This document shows, in pieces, positions 50,109-64,000 of a DNA stretch of 64,000 nucleotides (within the stretch, counting starts at the first letter, position 1; each line of letters starts with the position of its first letter). The DNA is from Sphagnum compactum (taxonomy: Eukaryota). The stretch is taken from assembly GCA_965153455.1 (NCBI GenBank), contig OZ234493.1, forward strand, positions 33,346,213 through 33,410,212, written 5' to 3'. Below the pieces are notes generated by a model, which had not been told where the DNA came from, ran no database searches, and saw nothing but the letters and a program-made list of their open reading frames with translations. The position numbers and the translations under genes were made by a program.

Positions 50109-53100
50109 TCAGTGAGCTAATGATGAGAATCTACTTGCAATCTTAGCTGACTTATAATCCTCCCGCAGTTCAATAAACCTGCATTTCCAAACAACTTCCC
50201 AAAATCAGCATGATGACAGGTAGTACATATGGTTTTGGTACTGTTAAAAATGCACTGCAGGGGGAATTGTGCTTTAAATCTCACAATGCTCAGCTTAGTA
50301 AGAGAGATCTCTTAGAAAATCAATGAGTTCCAGTTCACTCCTTGTGGAAAATGGTGACATAGCCACTGCCCAGGTGGAAAACTTCAAGACTTGATGCATA
50401 TAGTGGGTGCTTCCAGATCAAGAGTTTGAGGGTATTACCGAACTGCTTCTGCTCGAGCTTGCTTCAGACTGCCATCTACCAAGGTTGGCAAGCTTTCAGG
50501 AGCCACGATAAACACATTGACCAACCTGCAAGCAAACATTTCCACTACATCAGCCCACAATCCGCCCTCACTAGTAGGAACCACCCCATTACCAATCAGT
50601 AACCCAAATTCATGACTACAAGTAGGGTGAATAACAATAACTGCATAAAATGATCTATAGTGCAGAATGTTACACGATACATTGCCCAGATCTACATGCT
50701 TTAGTCACATGGTTGAATTCAACTCTAGTCTGTTTGCACCTGACAAAAACTTAACCAGACACAAGCTATGACTCATCATAGGGTCCCAACCAGCATTCAT
50801 CCTTGAACAATAGAATGAATTTGATACATCATGGACAGATATGATAAGAGGATTCAAGGTTCATATTTCAGTGTGACACTTACGTGCCAAGTAACTCAAA
50901 CTTTTCATCAACTGCTGGAGCCTTAAAACTTCGTACAAATTCTGCATACTCTGAGACGTCCCGCTTCAACCGCAGTCCCCCACTGCAGATATATCAGACA
51001 AAATCAAGAAAGGTGATGGGCATATACACCATCCAAGTGAAAACCTGAAGATGTTCTCTGAAGCACTGAAAACCACTTGTGAACCTGGATAATAGCAATG
51101 GGTCCTAGGAAAGCAAATGGTTGGTTACCTGCAGGTGAAATGCCATAAATTGTGGAGCCCATCCTATTCCAAGTTTCTACTATTGATTGTTAGCCCATCC
51201 TATTCCAAGTTTCTACTATTGATTGTTAGCACTAGATTGACATGGGATCTTTCTGACAACACACAGGCATAGGGGGGAAGTGAAAAGAATAAATAGAAAA
51301 TGTTGGAAGCAAGTAACCTTGCACTGAAGGTGAAGCGTTGCCAGTGTACAAGAAGAGCCTTGTACAGCCTGTTTCCCTGCCACAACCACTCTGAAGAATT
51401 CAGCAACCCTCACACATTCTCTCTTCTGGCCCAATGGAATTTCCAACACAACATTTACATGTCTGCAACTGTCATGTAGTCAGTTAATGTCCTAATCCTT
51501 CTGTTTTCCTCTAGCATCCAGTTGATTGTTACTCAAAAGTGGCAACCAAATTCAAGTCACAAATCATGAATGGGACAGTCATTTGAGTGTGAGAGAGAAG
51601 TACTAGTTCTGTCATGAAAGCTTGCTTGTTCAGTCCTTCCAGAGCCCCATAAACCGCTTCTAACATATGCTCCAAATAAGCTGTCACCCTGAGTGATATC
51701 ACAAACATTACTAGTACAATAAGTGCAGAGATTACACAGTTGGTCATGAAGAAACATCAGAATTCAACTATCTGGCGAGACCATTATAGTAGTCTTGAGG
51801 TGAACATTTCCAAATTTTATCCAATCAGGTTCCAGGACTAGTACAGATTGTTGTTCAACTGTTGAAAAATAGTGGTGCCAGTAGCAGTGCAGGGTGGCCA
51901 TGATCCAGTCACAGTAAGTGTTTATCATTCTTATTTGGTTGGATTCCTACAATATTTAAGCAGGGATCAAGAAGATTGATCAGTCTGGCCACATGTTGAT
52001 AAGCAATTAATGTAGAAGAACTTGCACTTGCACACATGGTTGCATATGGGGGGTGGTCAAAGAATTACTTGGTGCATGCATTTGTGGGGCGATGGTCTGG
52101 TGGGTTCCCATCGTCCGATGGTTTGAAGTCAGTTGCCTTCTGCTCTGCAGCTAGAAGCCGCTCAACCTGCCACATAGAGACACACAATGAGCCCTAGTCA
52201 AAGCTAACTGAAAACTAAGATCTGAGAAATCTTTAGTTCCAAGTTCAAACCCAAGATATTATGTGAATCATAGCATGACCTTTCAGCACAGTATATCATC
52301 TTCAGAAATGATCTCAGAAGCCATAAACCCGCAAAGTCTCAATACTTCTCATATTACAATGTCATTGTTTTCTGTTTTCTCATATGCTGCTTAATTCCTC
52401 TCATCTTCATATGCTGTTGAAGTTGATAGCATTCACCACAATAGTGATACAAGGGAGGGAGGAAAAAAGACTTGCGCTTCTGGGTTACCTCAGCCATAAT
52501 TGTGTCTATGCACATTTGGAGACCTTTCAAGGCAGCTCCCTCAGCATTAGCCATAGCAGTAGCCATTTCTTCACAACAGGCTGCATGGGCCCCATCCACA
52601 GGAAGCAGCAACCGAGCAACTGTGTTGACAAAGTGCTGCCATGGCACACAACAGATTGTTAAGCTCACCAGTAACACATACTGATTGGAGTATGTCTCCC
52701 ATTCTTCAAGAAATCCATTGAAACCTCAACACAGGACAGCATGTAGAAACTAAAATGAACAACATTAGCACCATATCTTGATTGTTATGGGGTTGCCATC
52801 ATGAAGCTAGGATATAGGATTGGGGTCTGATAGAATATTACTTGCTGAACTAGTGCCACATTGGATGTTGCTCTTTGAACTGCCACCATGAACCCACGAA
52901 CACTTCTCTCCCCTGCTGCTGCTGCTGCCTCAGCCTGCTTCATCAGAAATGAGAATGGACTCAAAACACATCCTACCTTCCAGAACATTCAAAAGGTAGA
53001 AATTTTCAAACTGGGGTTGTGGCACAAACATCAAAGGCTATCAAGCAGCCTTAAGGTAAGCCATCAGGCAGCATGCAACATAAAGTGCTAGCAACAACAA

Positions 53101-56100
53101 GGCTTGAGTGCCACATTCATCTGTCAATATGACTAGAAAAAGGTTCCTGTATAAATTAGATTTACACAAGATCAAGGTAAAGGAGGTTCATCCCTGGACA
53201 AAATCCTGCCATGCTGAAATTTATAGCAATTCAGCCATTTTGTTAGTACCAAATCTAGCAGATGCATGACTCACACAAGATGTAAGGGAGAATGGTACAA
53301 GGGAAAAAAAAACTCAAGCAAAAGCAGTAAAAAAGGAACAGTTGGCTTTTTTCAGCGATAACGAGCTTGGAACACACCGCAGTGGCAGCTGCTGCAGCCA
53401 CACGACGACTGACTGTTGAGCCAATTGAATAAAGGTTCCGCTGTTGTGCGGCCTCATTCAGTGCATCTGTTGCTCTCTCCAATCCTTCAGTAGTGTAAAG
53501 GCTCACCTGCATATGAGAAACTTAGCCTGCATAACTGAGTGCATAACTTTTGTTGATAATGCAAAAAAGATAAATCTGTCACCATACCAACATACAAATA
53601 AAGAATTGACAAATCTGTTGCAGTCTGTCATGCTCAGGATTTGTGGCGTTTCTCTTTTTATCTGCACAAATGGGTCCTTTTGGCTTCTTTGATAGGATAT
53701 GTCTTTGCTTTCTCTCCTTTTGGTGCACAATAGTAGATCTGAGGATTGCAAAGTTGTATTCATTCTCAAGGACTCCCATGTCTTTAAGGGGTTTACCTGG
53801 TCAAGAAGACAAAGGAAGACTGCCCTCACATTTGTTGCCAAAGGTGCAGCCTGCACCAGACATTGCAAACTGTAGTCAAGAAATACCTCTGGTAACTTAC
53901 AACAAAACACCTCAAACTCCCAATTCTAAACAAATAGCTAAGCAAATGAACCAGGCACTGCACTTCAAAGGCAATAACAATTGAAACAGTCACAAAAACA
54001 CAGAAAATATCTTTCATAAGAATAGAGAAATCTCCATTCTCACGATGAAGAAGAAACAGCAAGGCTAACACTTCCTCAGGAAGCCACAGAAAGAACCAAA
54101 CAAGGGGAGACAAAAAACAAACAAAAAACGAAAAACACACACTGGTATGAACAAAAGTGCCAGTCTCACACCTGTTCAGGGACCATCAACACAGAAACAC
54201 AGAAACACAGAAAATTGTGGATTTAAATAATATTTTCTGTACACAAACTAAATGTATATATGTATATATCTATCTATCTATCATGACTCCACCTAGAACA
54301 AAAATGTCTGCAAGGGATGCTGTCACTTAAACATGCTTCTAAGATATGTCTCATGACTCCATTAACTTTGAAAAGGGGCTAAAAAGGTGTCTACTGGGAG
54401 GTTTGGAGACATATAGTACCCAGTTCCCATTAGTACCTGAGACGTGAGGAGATTGCAGCGAGCCACAGCTTCTTCATTCCAATGTACGAACTCTCCAACC
54501 ACAGTCACAGAAATGGTTGCATAAGCAAACATGGATCCATTTCTAGAGTTTGCTCTGGCTGTGGGAGGTAAGAAAGCTGCATCAGCTGGCTGTGCAACTC
54601 CAGATTTCAATTCAGCTATCTGTAATAGGTCACACACTGTAATTTGTTGGTAGCTCCAATTGAGAGGTTATGAAGATTTTGATAGGAACCTTTTCAGTGT
54701 ACTCCTTGTTATGGACTACTTATATTTGGCTGTGTAAATTGGTATTTTAGAAGCCATTATATAGATTGAATTACATATTGCATACTGCAATTTAAATCCA
54801 TGCACCTTCCCCCTCAGAAATGGAAACCCAACTTTCTGGGTTCACTTCTGTCCCTCTAAAACACGTAGTTGCTGCTGATTGCTCATAAGTGCACACCTAA
54901 CCAACATGGAGCTGACAGCAGGTGAAACAAATTGGTTAAAAGAATGTGGGCACCCCTCGTATAATGCCATGACTAGTAAGATGGAAATGACCCTACTTAA
55001 GAGACCCATGGTTGTCATGCACCTTGTGTTGGAAAAGCTGACTCAAGGAAGCCTGCTCAATCTCTGGATAATCCTCCCTGTGTGATGAGAAGAGAGATTC
55101 TGCAAGCCCTGTATTACCATCCATATCAAACAAAGATATCATGTCATGCCAGTCCATATCTGTGGGATTGCAGAGGAAACTCCACAATAACATTTTGAAG
55201 CTAGCATTGTGCCTGTTCCAGCAAAACTGAAATGAATAGAACAAGAATGAGAGCAATTGTAACCTTCTGAGTATCACTCACAAAGTATCCGACCAATACT
55301 CCCCACTGACTTCATCAGCTCTCAATAATGTGAGTATGTAAGAATATAACAATCTGCTCAAAATGTTGGGAAAACAATCATCAAAAAATTTAAGTCTGGA
55401 GTTTCTGATTTGCATTTCCGGAATCAATGGGAAGACTCAGTTGTGATGTCAGCTAGCAATCAAGACAATAAACAAAAAATTAATGTTTTCCCCATCCCCA
55501 TACAAGCTTGTTGAGTGTAATCTTCATTTCCTTTTAGTTCCCACTGAATAAGCAAGCATCTAACCCTAAGGGATAGTCATGTCATGCCAATCCAGCCAAA
55601 ATCAGGCAAAGAACACAAGTTCAACAGCAACTTAAACCTGTGAGGCAAACATGAGGTACAAAACAGATGACAAGCAGTCAATAATGAAACATAAAAAATC
55701 CTTCTCCACTCAAATGATTTGTGGGGAGCTTACCTTCAACGTCAAGGTCTCCGCATCCAAGCCCGTGAAGCTCCTTTGCCAGTTCCTGTGTTTTTTCATA
55801 AGCTCCAGCAAGTGTGCGCAAATACTGCACAAATTGTTTGATCAGAGTTTTGCAGCACTTTTGACTCATGCATTATCCCTCACAAGGGCAATTTGTGTTT
55901 GGCAGCATAACTGGAGACAGATTTTTCAGAATCCCTTAGACAGCTGCAAAAAGTAGGTTGTCAATTTGCTCCACAGAAAGCACTTTCCAAGCGGTTTCAA
56001 AAGTTGGCCTGGACAAGACTTGAATCCCCTCCTTGAGTGAGATATACCTCCAAAGATGAAACAACAGAGGTTGCATGTAGGTTGTGACTCAAGAGGTGCA

Positions 56101-59100
56101 TAAGTAAAGAGTACCTGCTGATAGCCACCTTCTTCCATTGGAGGAGGACTTGTGAGGGATGGCTTTGGAAGCAGCTTATCCAACACTGCAACTACTCGCT
56201 GCTCCAACACTCTCTGCAACAACAGAACACAGGTAACTGTACACTCAACTGAAATCCAAGAGGGGCAGTTACTTGCAAGCCAAGACAATGCTCTTCAGGT
56301 TGAAACTGTATCCCGATACAGTTGTTCCTTCTTTGAGTCTATGTATAGATCGATAAAGTGACAAAACCCATAGATGCTTGAAGCAAGACTCTTGGGTAAT
56401 TTGACTAGACCGAAGAATATCCTCTTACATCATGAAGAAAGTATGGGTGACAAATCCTGAAGCATGAATATTAACTCTAACCTATGTGTTCAAAACATCT
56501 CTTCAAACTCTGCCCAGAAGGCCAGCCCCCTTCTCATCAATCCTTGGCTTGCCAAAGGATAAAAACCAAAGAGTGTTCTGTGATGACACTCACCTGTACA
56601 AGGATAGCCATGACTGCATCTGGTGAAGGAAAAACAGCAGCAACTGTGGCTGCCTCTTTCCTTACAGTTTCTGGCAAAACACATAATTGCACATTAACAC
56701 ACACATGTTTCCAGTGCTTGTGGAGCTTTGACACCTCCAAACTCATTTTGAGAAAACTGCATATGTGAGGCAACTACATCACCATTTTCTGTTCCAAAGT
56801 CCAATCTGAAGGTCTGCATCACTGATATAACCTAACTGCAAAATCAGCCTTGCAGTATCTGAGATGAGAACTCAGTAATCTTTTCCAAAGTTCATCATTA
56901 TGGCTAAGTAGTGTCAGTGGGCACAAAATGCCTATCAAACATTTGTCAGATAAATTGAAGATTGTGATCAAAGAGTGTTCTCCTATGCACTCTGAGGAGA
57001 GACATGGTAGCTTGTGGGTGGCTTCATGGTTGTGGTTAGGGCATACTAACAGCATCACGCACCTATGATCTCTTTGTAAAGAGTAGAGAGACCCTTCATT
57101 AGGTTGGGTGGAGCCCCTTGAACTGTGTCAACTCCACGGACAGTACGAGCATCCATATTCATTATCTCCAGATCCATGAACATGGGTCGTGATGCCACAT
57201 AACGGTGCATTGCACTCATCCCTCTGTTGAACTGTGAAAAAGAAAGCTTCTATTGTAAGAAACACACCAGAAATGGCTTGAAACTTTCAATTCATAAGCA
57301 CAAACAATGCTCAATCTGATCTATGATGCTAAAATACCTCCAGACCTTGTACTTTGTTGCCTTTCCAGCTTCAATCGGTCAAGCCATTGAGATCGTAAAA
57401 TATTCCAATAATGTACTGCTCAGGTTGCCACAATTCAAAAGGAAAGCTTGACAAACAATTTGAAAGCATCAGACAGAATCAGAAAGCATGACAAGAACAT
57501 GATATCCACCCACCTGACTCAAGATTTTAGCACACTCCGCCATAGTTGAAAGCTCTCGCTTTTGTGATGCCGCATCAAATCGTGACAACAGACGGTTCTC
57601 CAGCTCTAATATCAAAGAGACCAAAACATTAAGAAATGTTCCAAAAAGATACATCAGGACTATGAGAACACAACATAAGGCTACTGGAAGCCCTAAGTGC
57701 CTATAGTAAAAAATGACAGCAAATACCGAGGAAGACACAACACCAACCATTACAATAATCTTGAAGGTTGGACACTGCAACTTCAAGGCCAGGGCTGGCA
57801 TTTGAAGAACTTTTAATTTGCCCCATTCCAGCTCCAAGTGAACCAATGCCCTCCTCAGCAATCAATCCTATATGCACACATATCTGACACCATTAGACAA
57901 ATAGTACAGAAGTAACTCTTCCACAGAAACGAAAATGCATTCAACATAACAGCAAGGATAAATGTTCTGTGATTTCTCTAATCAAGCTTCAATAAATTTG
58001 TCTAAATGAATCCAACCTTCTACGATCTGACCACAATCCTACTCAAACTCACATATACATTCTTCCAGTTTCTTACTCAGTTTGCACTATTGCTGCCCTC
58101 CTATAATGTTGCATAACACAATGGCAACAAGGGAACCCTGAGCTTACGGAGCTTTTGTGCTACAGCTGCTGCTTCTGCAACCCGAGCATCATCAGAGAAC
58201 AAAGATGAGAGCTCCATAAGATCCCCCGGACTTCCATTGAACTCCATCAGATACTGAACGACAGACACATACCCAAACATCACTGTTAACTCAGCACTTC
58301 CATTCCTGCCATGGCTTGTCCTCTCGCCCAATATCAGCACACAAATCCTCTTGCAAGTTGTATGAAAAGCTCAAAAGAATTAGTTTTCAGCGTATATCTT
58401 CCAGTAGAACAACAATGGTCCTCCTGTGGCATGGAAACCTTGTGTAGAAACAGTTCTGAACGTAGACCAGAGAGGATCCAGTATTCGAGTTGGAGAAAAA
58501 CCATAATTCATGGCCATTTGAGGTGTGTTTACCTTGATTAGGTCGATTGTTTGACTTGCAACTTGCCGTTGAGCATCTGCATTCTGCAATCCACCAGGTT
58601 CAAGGATCACTTTCCATTTCATCATCCAAGGAAAAAAGGAATCAGGCTGCCTGTATGCAACACATTATGCCATTATACAATGCTGCACAGTCTAATGATT
58701 AGATGTAGCTCAAATGAATTACAGGTTTCAAAACTTGTAAGTTGGAAATTGACTTCACTATCCGGTTAGAATGTGCCCTCAACAGCATACTTGATACTCG
58801 ACACTAGCAGTTTCAACATAACCATGGAATGCAAGTAACAGAGAGACATAGTTTGAGATTAACCAAATAGCAGTCCTGTTACTTAATAACTGTACAGTAC
58901 ATGCACAAGTCACAGTCACTGCTTATTTGGCTACCATTTTACAATCATTACCCCTGAAATAAAAACAGATAAGGGTCTAGCAAAGAATGCAACAAACATT
59001 GATGGTCCCCAATTCATAGCATTCTTTGTTTCAACTCAGAATAAACAAAGAGTGCTATAACATGAATCCAGAGGTGAAAAAGGGACCTGTAAATGGTCAC

Positions 59101-60291
59101 CAATCCTGGCAGCTGTCTGGCCAACACCTGAGATGCGAGAATCAAGGCGGCTGAAGCTTTCAAACAAGCGCTCCACTCCCTTCTCCAGCTGTACAGTCCA
59201 AACTCTGGAATTCAGCAGGCTCATTCAGGGCCATAAGTCCACAACAAGTTCAAGGCTTGGAGCTACAACACACCCGCAAAACCATGTAGCAGCAGGATCC
59301 TTATGAGTCGGATATCTACTGAGCTGCCACTGACTCTGTTCTAGAATACTAAAACCTTTGACCATGGAAAGAGAGTATGAACAATCACACACATTTCACC
59401 TCAACAAAATATCACTCAATGAACTTCATACTAGAATACTAAATCACTTAACCAACCCCAGTGAATACAACTTATCACACACATCTCACCTCAATAAATT
59501 TTGTTTCATGCTTCACATCATAATCTTCGACATGCTCCTTGAGCGTTTCCAACCTTGCATCCACCTGTATTGTCAAAGACCAATAAAAAGAATTCAGGCA
59601 CACCTCCTCATCAAACCAATCATTCCAGAGGTCATCAAGAGACATGCATTCCTTAAAACCCTACAACAGTCATCACATACAAACAAATAGATCAAAGAAA
59701 ATTGATAAAAAACATGTCTGACTGGGTACCTGATAACAAAGGTCAACAAGCTCTTTGCGTGTATCTCTGCATACAGGAAGAAGTGCTTCTGCCTCCACAA
59801 ATGGCACACCCACCAATTTGCCACCTCCCTTCACACCATTCTCCTGGAGATCACCATTTGGGAAAGTTCCCTGGCCATTATCTGATGACTTGGGATTGTC
59901 ATCCTGAAACAAAGGCAGGACGTCTGTTGCCAGGTCCTTAAAGAAGTCATCAAATGAAAACTCACCCTGTTGAGACACAAAAACCAACCAATCTTCAGAA
60001 AGAAACGTTCCATCTAGGTAGAAAGAGTTTGTAATGCTTCTGTATGATCCTTGCAGGTTCCACTAGGGTTCAAGACCATTGTTGGCTACACACATGTGAA
60101 AGGCTTAAGCCCTGAAACCAGTTTGATTCAACAGCATGTTGGTGCTATCTAGAAGTTGACTGTTCAAAACAGCATAGCAATATGCTCACCTTAAAGTTTT
60201 CAAGGTCCAAAAGAGGAAGATCGCCAACAACTGACGAATTTTTCGAGGCACCGGACTTCGAAACCCTAATTCCTATCTCCCCTTCCGGCAT
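50109..60291 (-). CDS. SEC10: Exocyst complex component SEC10 (EXOC5), ~24 coding exons
   Basis: Exons include GEFSFDDFF, LEKGVERLFESFSRLDSRISGVGQTAARIGDHLQ, YLMEFNGSPGDLMELSSLFSDDARVAEAA, ELENRLLSRFDAASQKRELSTMAECAKILSQ, PDHRPTNACT, GGLRLKRDVSEY and FIELREDYKSAKI. ATG at 60291 directly follows a CAG acceptor; stop at 50109. 5'UTR intron donor at ~60764. Confidence 0.95.
51157..51230. repeat. Exact 36-bp tandem duplication in a SEC10 intron
   Basis: GCCCATCCTATTCCAAGTTTCTACTATTGATTGTTA present twice. Confidence 0.85.
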
Positions 60292-61193
60292 CTGTAAAAA
60301 CCACAAACACATGAAGATCCCTCAACAGCTGCAAAAAGGAAGTGAGAGAAACGATAACGTACGGATCCCAACTTCTTTCGATTAGTATTCAAAGGAGGGC
60401 GAAAAACATTCTCAAACCCTAATTCCCAAACTTGGAGTGTCACAAGTCTACAGAAATTGCTCAAGCACTGAACCAAGTAGAATAAGATTATGACGATGTT
60501 GTTGATGATGCAAGAGTGTCTCTTCACCCTCAAGGGTAGCAACCCAGCTGAAACGCTTCCGAGACTACGGGCGACAAGCTGACACATGCATGGGGGAGTT
60601 CGAAGTGCAAGCCATCAACAGTTTGCGAAATGCGTCCAAGCACGGCTAACGAACTAGACCATCAGCAAAGAGAATGTCATTTCTAAGCTGCAAAATGCAA
60701 GAAAAAGACGCAGCCCAGCCCTTACTGGGCTAAAAGAAGATGCAGATCGGAATGCCATACATACCTCGACCATCATTCCCAGGATCGATCGGATACTCCA
60801 GCTACAGACGGAGTACTCGAACCCGTTTTTGTAGCACAGACAGAAGAGAGATCCGCTGCGCTCAGCAGCAGCAGCAGCAGCAGCAGCTGCGTTTGTTCCC
60901 CTCTCTGCGTTTTTCTTCTTCTTCTAATTCTTCTTCCCTTCTTCGCTGCAAACAGAAGAGTGTGAAAGACGTGTCTTGTGCGTTTCCTTCTGCACGGGGA
61001 CAGCTACTGACTTGCATCAGACTAATTTTTCATCCATGTTAGCTTATTTCCATCCCATAACTCTACCTCCACTATTCCGTCTACACAGCCCACTCTCTAG
61101 TTAAAAAATTTACTAAAAGAAAACAGTACTGAGATGAGATGGGGATGGATATATGCTTGGATGAAATCAGCGTTTTTTTTTTTTTTCATTTTT

Positions 61194-61490
61194 GGTCTTG
61201 CCTACCAAGGCCCTTAGGCTACTGTGTTTAGATTCATTATAGAGTAGCTTAAGGGATTTTGGCCCCTAGCTAATAGGTCTTATTTTTTTTTATATGAGGA
61301 TTTTTGAAAGATGTTATTTTAGCTTGTGTTGAAACTTGAGATTAGTTATAATAGAGTTATAATATCTTGAAGGATTTTAGAAGATTTTTTGAAGATTATA
61401 TTTTTGCATGGTGAAATATTTGAGTTTCCATAATTGTTCTGTTGCCTTAAGATGTGTTTTAATGTAAATGGCAAGGCCACAATGTGACAC
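61194..61490. repeat. Inverted, diverged copy of the 14230-14542 repeat, upstream of SEC10
   Basis: Shared blocks TGTGTTTAGATTCA, GAGGATTTTTGAAAGATG, CTTGTGTTGAAAC, GAAGATTATATTTTTGCATGGTGAAATATTTGA and GGCCACAA..TGTGACAC. Confidence 0.8.
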
Positions 61491-63048
61491 GCCCCTTGCT
61501 TTCGATGTTGAAATTTTGGCAAAATTAATCTAGCTATAAACCAAATATGAAATACAAATATTTAATCATCCTTCTATATTTTTAGATAAACACTAAAGAA
61601 CTAAATATAGAAATCTGGCCATTTTCACGCTTTTTTCTCACTTTTGGCGATTGAAAACCTTCAAAATGACTTCCATTTCAGAATTTTATTCATTTCCAAT
61701 TTCGCCATTTTAAAAACAAGATACATCTCAGACTTTTCCGAACATCATTTGGATTGTGAGTTTGCTTTACATTGAGGGACAAAAAATCCAATAAAAACTG
61801 ATGGAACCAAAGAAGAGAGAGAGCTAGTCCCCCTCCTGGTAAGAAGCTATCTCACTCACAGCTCCTCTAATGTCACCGGCATGTAAATCATGAGATCTAA
61901 TAATAATAGGAGGTCTAGAACAAGCATCTCCCACCAACACAATCTTCCTCTCTATAGCGTGGCCTTTACATCTCATATTCTGATTTATCCTGATTTCATT
62001 CTAATTTCATTCTCACTCTCATTCTCTGTCCATATCCAATTCATTTTTGCAGCCAAATTTAGCCCAATGCACATCCATTGTGAGTCCATCTATTGCATGC
62101 AACTGCAATGCTGGAAAAATAGTCAACTATAGTTGAAACAAAAAGAAAACAAGCAAAGCAGCTCATCAAGTAATCACTAACAACTCTTCCCTTCAATGGA
62201 ATATTCAAAACACAGTCATCAGGAAAGATAGAACTGCATCACATGATTGTGTAATTTGAATGCAAACTTAATTCTCAACAAACACAGCATATAATGTGCA
62301 GCCCAATCTCCAGCTGCCATCTGCAAATTGATTACCACCAGTTCAAGCCATCATTGTAACCCAGATGCAATCTCTCTTCCCTCTGACCAGAGACTCCAGA
62401 GTACCTTCTGCAACAGTAGCTGCAATGGTCAATAAAATAGGGCAAAATACTTTTCACGTGAGTTTTTGAGACATAATGGAGAGACCTAAACGGCACATTT
62501 GGAGCCCTGTTTGTTTGTAGTAAGTTTTCTTATACACTTCTCTATAAACCAAGACGGGCTATTCAATACAACAGAGTCCAAAACTACAGCAACTTACGAT
62601 CTCAACAAAATATTGTTTCATAGGACAGGGCAACTCATGTACTATTCTAACAAATGATTTATATCAACTTTGCACAAATCCATTTGTGCAGCAGAATCAG
62701 GTGCCATTCTTGTACTGAAACTGAAAGAAAGCCTTTGGTTTCTCCTCCATGAAAGGTCACCACCACACAATGTGCAGTCATTTCACACTATTATCATGGC
62801 ACCACTCAAGGATGAGAAGAATTTCTCAACTTATCAGATATTCCAGAATTACCAGCTAGGTTCAATGTACACACATATAAGCCTCTGTCTTAGACAGAAG
62901 TTCTGCATAGGGGCTGCTGATGCTCATTGTTGATGAAACAAGGAGCGTTACTTAAACGTGTCCATTGACACTAGCAGAGAGCCCTACCATATGTGCTAGA
63001 AAAAGTTATCTCAACATATTTCATGTTGAGATACACACATAGTCCGTC

Positions 63049-63868
63049 TTAGCAAGGCAAGGCACCACCTGCATCCCGGTACTGCTTCCGCATCACCTTC
63101 TTGTACTCTGCAATCCAGGATTTACAGATGAGCATTTCCCTCCTCACCTTGGTACAGAAAGGACAGGAAAAGATGTGAACTTCATTAGTTTAAGGTTTTC
63201 AAAAGCACCTTCTTGGTCATTCCAAAGGGCAGCTGCATAGCTGTTCAGGGGGCTGTCATTGTTTGGTTCTGCAGTCATCACCAGTTCTCATCAACATCAG
63301 TCCATTGGCACCAGGAACCAAAGCATACAATTTCTCCTTTGCAACCAGGGTAATGACTGGTCTTTTTGCACCTGGATAGGACCCCAAGTTAGCTACAGAT
63401 AAACGAATAAGAAAAGTAATTTGATCCAGAACAATAAAGGGTTATGCAAGTTAATTGTGATACTCACCAGCTAATAGACTTTGGATTGAGAGCAAGATTG
63501 TCCTTACATCATATGCAGAAGACCATTTATCCTGACAAAGAAATTCCTGTTAGTTGCATTGCTTCCATGCTACATAAAGTAAAGTTGGCAGATCGTTCAG
63601 TACAAATTTGCCACCTTAAAAATAGGATGCAGAAGATTACCTGCAAAATATCAAGGCATATGTTGCCATATTGGTCAACATTGGGATGGAAGCAAAGCGT
63701 GTCAAATTTGACAGTGGGAGGTTTGAAGGGGTAGTCAGGAGGGAACTTCAGAGTCAACTTGTAGGCAAGCCCCTCATATACAGTAGCAGTGCTGCCCTTG
63801 ATGGTACCAATCCATGAAAATATATTGTCACCCTCTGGAAAACCAGAAATGCCTGGATCTCCACATGT
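63049..63868 (-). CDS. UBC20: Ubiquitin-conjugating enzyme E2, UBC19/UBC20 (UBE2C-type), 3' part; exons 63868-63641, 63531-63468, 63268-63209, 63107-63049; first exon lies beyond the window end
   Basis: [76 protein letters not shown]. Confidence 0.93.
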
Positions 63869-64000
63869 CTGAAAAATGACCCAAAAAGCCTTGACAGTGA
63901 GCGAAGATGGCAATTATCACAAATAATATACAGTATCAAATAGCAACCTAATGCAAAAAGTGCATGCCCTAGGAAAAGCCCACCCCCGAGTGAAAAAAAA

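Noticed and set aside
17254-60291. Syntaxin + SEC10 as a functional exocytosis cluster
   Set aside because: They are over 30 kb apart with unrelated genes between them; chance linkage is sufficient.
50109-60291. Non-canonical or U12 introns in SEC10
   Set aside because: All junctions I traced are ordinary GT-AG.

Overview
Eukaryotic, intron-containing land-plant nuclear DNA. The gene set and repeat style suggest a moss such as Sphagnum (inference). Seven protein-coding genes can be traced through GT-AG introns: a CYP85-clan cytochrome P450 (-, runs off the left edge), a SYP12-type syntaxin (+), a small VOC/glyoxalase-fold protein (-), a MIF/tautomerase (+), an intronless RKF3/SPARK-type receptor kinase (-), exocyst subunit SEC10 (-, about 24 coding exons) and a UBC19/20 (UBE2C-type) E2 enzyme (-, runs off the right edge). 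There is also one tRNA-Ile(AAT). The gene islands are separated by AT-rich transposon graveyards holding hAT, PIF/Harbinger, Ty1/copia, RLE-type non-LTR, L1 and MULE relics, MITEs and satellites. The most notable observations are: (1) a probable ~5 kb inversion (about 5315-10315), revealed by reciprocally split hAT and Harbinger transposase relics; (2) an in-frame candidate alternative last exon of the MIF gene encoding a Cys/His-rich tail; (3) a decayed intron-containing MULE transposase resembling a plant SWIM-MULE host-gene family, bracketed by inverted copies of a 102-bp dimeric satellite; (4) several tight hairpin clusters. No complete novel multi-gene system is evident. Family assignments come from motif recognition by eye, with no database searches.
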